From: Octopus vulgaris
Taxonomy: Eukaryota
NCBI GenBank assembly: GCA_951406725.2
Contig: OX597827.1
Span: forward strand, 80,290,001-80,354,000
Direction: 5' to 3'
Length of the DNA stretch: 64,000 nucleotides
The position numbers and the translations under genes were made by a program. Under the pieces are notes generated by a model, which had not been told where the DNA came from, made no database searches, and was given only the letters and a program-made list of their open reading frames with translations. Shown here in pieces: positions 60,646 to 64,000 of this stretch (position 1 is the first letter of the stretch; the number at the start of each line of letters is the position of its first letter).

Positions 60646-62270
60646 GCTCATTGCCTCGGTAGTACCAGTATTTCAAAGGGCGAGACTTGTCACACTCTGT
60701 GTCATGCTAAATCTCCCTGAGAACTACGTTAGAGGTACACGTGTCTGTGGAGTGCTCAGCCACTTGCATGTTAATTTCACAAGCAGGCTGTTCCATTGAT
60801 CGGATCAACTGGAACCCTCGTCGTCAAAACCGGCAGAGTGCCAGTTAAACTGCACATACCAATTGTGTGCATATATTTCTCTAAAGTATCTCAGACGTAG
60901 AACCTTTGGAAGTTCTTACGAAATTTCACTCTCCCACCAATACTTGGATTTGGAAGAGGCTTATCAGTTGTTTTTGCTCTTTCTTAGAAAATCCTAACAT
61001 GTCTAGGTTTTAGGGCAAATCCAGAGTTACATAGCTGAATGCATCTATGATGATCGGTGCAGGTGAAAATTTATAGCCAGAATACAAAAGCTGTAAGTTC
61101 CATATTAGTTCACTATAAAGGTTCTCTCTTTTTCTTGAACCTTTGATGGTTCGCATACCATGTTGGTCAGCTGACCTCTTCAGTAGTGCATGTCTTTTGT
61201 TTCTTGTCCCACAAAACAATATCAGGTTTGTTGTGATTGCATCAGATTGTTGTTACATCTTCCTTTGGGTCGTGTGAGGCATCTGTACACTTAGTGCACC
61301 TGCTCAGAAGTCCTTTCTCTACTCTGAAGATGTTGTTCTCACTTTTGAGTACACATCAGTCATAATTGTTTCTTTCTTTACTGTTCAGCAATGTTGTTTG
61401 AGTGATACTCGAAGGCTGAGGCTGTTTGGACTGACCTTATGCCCCTGCCACCATCTCTTCAACTTCATAGATTCTGTTGGTGTTTCAATTGATGTGGAAA
61501 TTACCAGTGGTGGTCAGTATCTGTCTTATTTTGATGTCTAGGCTGTGGATCTCATTAAATGTCCAGTTGGTACAAGCACTGGCATCACAAAAGCCTTGAG
61601 ATCTGGTCTTAGGCAATTCAGCACTGAATTACATATTCTTCAGAATCTACTGAAGTATTCTTTCGTTGCTCTGGCTCTACTCACAGCACAAACGTATGCA
61701 ACACTTTCATCAATTAATGGAGACGAGATAGGGAAGCCATTCACATTCATGTTCTCTATCAATTTTTCCTTGGTTGACCATCACGTATAAGCATTTGTCT
61801 TGCTCAGACTTCATAGTTATGTCCCTTGTTACCAGAACATAACCATCACCAGATCAGTTGATGTTGTTGTCTTATATGAAGTCTGAGAATTTCCTTGTTG
61901 AATGTGAGCAATCTGTACCAATCGCCTACCATCAGGTCCCTCTCAGATGGTTTTTCCATTTGGTAGTTTTGTGATAATCATTATGAGGGTTCCACAGGTG
62001 ATATATATTTTGGGAGAGGCATTTATGCAGTATTTTCTTCATAATTTCCTTCAACCATATCGCATCATGATTGTGTTCCTTGCTTACATCTGTTTCCCTG
62101 CCACAATGATGTTAGTTGTTTCTGGAGTAAAAGAACATTTACAACCCTGAGGGTGTAATCTTTCATACTCTGATATACAACATGTGGGTTTTGAACAAAC
62201 TTGTAGTTTATTAGAAAATTACTATTTGTAAATCTCACGACGTGAGATATTCAGCTACAGTACTTTGGAG

Positions 62271-62551
62271 TAAAGATTGTTTGCCAACATAACATGGCAG
62301 TCCTGGTTTAGAACAAATGCTGCTGTAATTTAGCCCCAGGAGACATAGTCTCCAGCTGGCTATATGACACGATCTGTGTCCTTATATTTTCGAACAAGGG
62401 AATCTAGCACCACCACTCTGCTCAAAACAATATTTGCGTATCACGATTTCCAGGTTATTTCCCTTCATCAGCACAGAATAATTGTTTGGCTAGAGGTGGC
62501 AACATCCATCCTAAACCAGGACTGCCATGTTATGTTGGCAAATAATCTTTA
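62271..62551. mobile_element. Small element with 41-bp terminal inverted repeats containing a hammerhead
   Basis: TAAAGATTGTTTGCCAACATAACATGGCAGTCCTGGTTTAG (62271-62311) and its reverse complement at 62511-62551 (1 mismatch). Confidence 0.7.
62431..62480 (-). ncRNA. Type I hammerhead ribozyme, slightly degenerate
   Basis: UAUUcUGUG-CUGAUGA (62471-62465)-AGG gaaauaa CCU-G-GAAA-UCGUG-AUA-CGCAAAUA. Stem I UGUG/CGCA extended by UAUU/AAUA; near-palindromic stem III. Confidence 0.6.
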
Positions 62552-63936
62552 TTGTTTTGCTTTCAAATAATTTTTATTTTTCCAGTAACAAAGTTTTCTT
62601 CTCTTACCACTCATAGCTTGAGGTTGGTCTGTTTGCTTGTGAGTGTTTCTTGGTGACATCTCCCTCACAGTTTGGAGTATCTATCATTTAGCTGGAGCTG
62701 GTGGTTTGTGAATTCATTTTTTCACTTTGCATTTGATGACTGTCCCTTTGTTGAATTTTTTTCCAGAGCCTGTCAGTTATTTTAGAGGGCTATATCTATT
62801 CTGGCTCAGTATTATCTTATGGATTGGTACCTTTTATTCACATCTGTTGTCATACAGTTACTGTGGCACAATATAGCAAAACATTCAAAGCCCAAAAGCT
62901 GGGAGTTTGAAATTGTACAAGTTGTTCCCTAACAATTGCATATAACATCAAATTGGTGGTTTTCTCAATTTGTGCTGAGATTGTTTCCATCGTATAATAC
63001 TTTATGTATGTAAATAGAGGAGTTATACTTAAATCTTAATCTAAGCTGCAATTCCAGTTTTTTCATCTTTCTCACTATTGTGAGATCACAAATGACTACC
63101 ACATGTCTGTGTAATGACACTGGTTTGTTCTTGCTGTGATATTTGTTTCCTATCTTTAATAGCCTCCTTACAGAAAAAAGTTTAGTGTTGCCAATTGTAG
63201 TATTATTATTTGTACATTTTGGATGAGTGATTTTATTTGGTAAAGTGAAGTATTTTGTAACAAATGGAGAGAGAAATTTTAATTTTATTGTTGAGGTTGC
63301 TTTAGTTCAGTGATATATTTTTCTAGGGATTTTGTGGGGTTTTCTCTTTTGTTATTTTAGCTCTTTGTTCTTGTTTTGTGAAGAAACCTCATTTCAACTA
63401 ACCTTTTACAGATCAATTCTAAAACACTATTTTCTAAGCCTGAGAAAGCTATTGCACTCCAACAAAATTTTAGAGAGTGCAAGTGCACCTCCTCTTCCTG
63501 GGCCCTTGTCCATTGGACTTTGCACAGAATCAAATATCCAATGAAGTTATCTTTCATGAATGCCTGAAATAAAATAGAATGAAACTGTTATAAAATGATT
63601 TAATTGATGTTTGGTTCTATGTTGACCAGTGATTTATATTTTCTTCGTCAAAGGTGACAAAATACTCCCTTTTGATCCCATAAACCTTTTGTCAATAATT
63701 GTTTATATCTCGTTTCAATTTAGTTTCCCCAATCACCTGACTTTCCTTAAAAATGTACTTACATTTCATACATAATATATTACAGTTCGAGGAAGTCACA
63801 TTACTTCTAACTATGTACAACTTTCCAGGTGGATTCCATTCCTCAGCATTTAGTAATTTTATAGAATCATAATTGGGATCATCTGAATTTGTTTCTGATT
63901 ATTTAAATACAATATTAAAAGATTGGGAGTTTTTAA

Positions 63937-64000
63937 TCTCTTATATATATAAAGCTGAAGTTGTCTGTGTATGACAGGTTTGGTAGCCTTCAACTAACAC
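63937..64000 (+). mobile_element. Possible Helitron-type 5' end at the window edge
   Basis: A|TCTCTTATATATATAAAGCTGAAGTTGTCTG resembles a TC-initiated Helitron terminus; truncated by the window. Confidence 0.3.

Noticed and set aside
60850-63300. Faint minus-strand LINE-like peptides (also old LINE-like traces at 25.7-27.3 kb and 51.6-52.3 kb)
   Set aside because: Too decayed to classify or bound confidently by eye.

Overview
AT-rich, microsatellite- and transposon-dense animal genomic DNA. The SINE/LINE families and the protocadherin style point to a coleoid cephalopod, most likely Octopus (inference). One real protein-coding gene is supported: a minus-strand protocadherin. Its large exon (ATG 25073 to donor 22707) encodes a signal peptide, 6 cadherin repeats, a TM helix and the proximal tail. 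It splices in phase 0 to a small exon missed by the ORF track (18973-18812) ending ...HYEEIPSM*, giving about 842 aa, with possible alternative 3' splicing and a non-coding upstream exon. The rest is tRNA-derived SINEs, decayed LINEs (CR1-group, RTE, R4/Dong-like, R2-Hero-like), mariner/Tc1 relics and microsatellites; nearly all other ORF-track entries are artefacts of these. The most striking unannotated signal is a set of about 10 minimal type I hammerhead-ribozyme motifs from at least 6 unrelated small non-coding elements. Most elements are inverted-repeat/palindromic and several have target-site duplications (Penelope-pLTR/retrozyme-like). The motifs include C3G8, U3A8 and G3C8 core variants with palindromic stem III. 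Two of these elements sit in the protocadherin intron. A ~240-nt hairpin lies at 54.2-54.4 kb inside a segment bracketed by direct repeats. Everything was read by eye; no searches or folding programs were run, and repeat boundaries are approximate.
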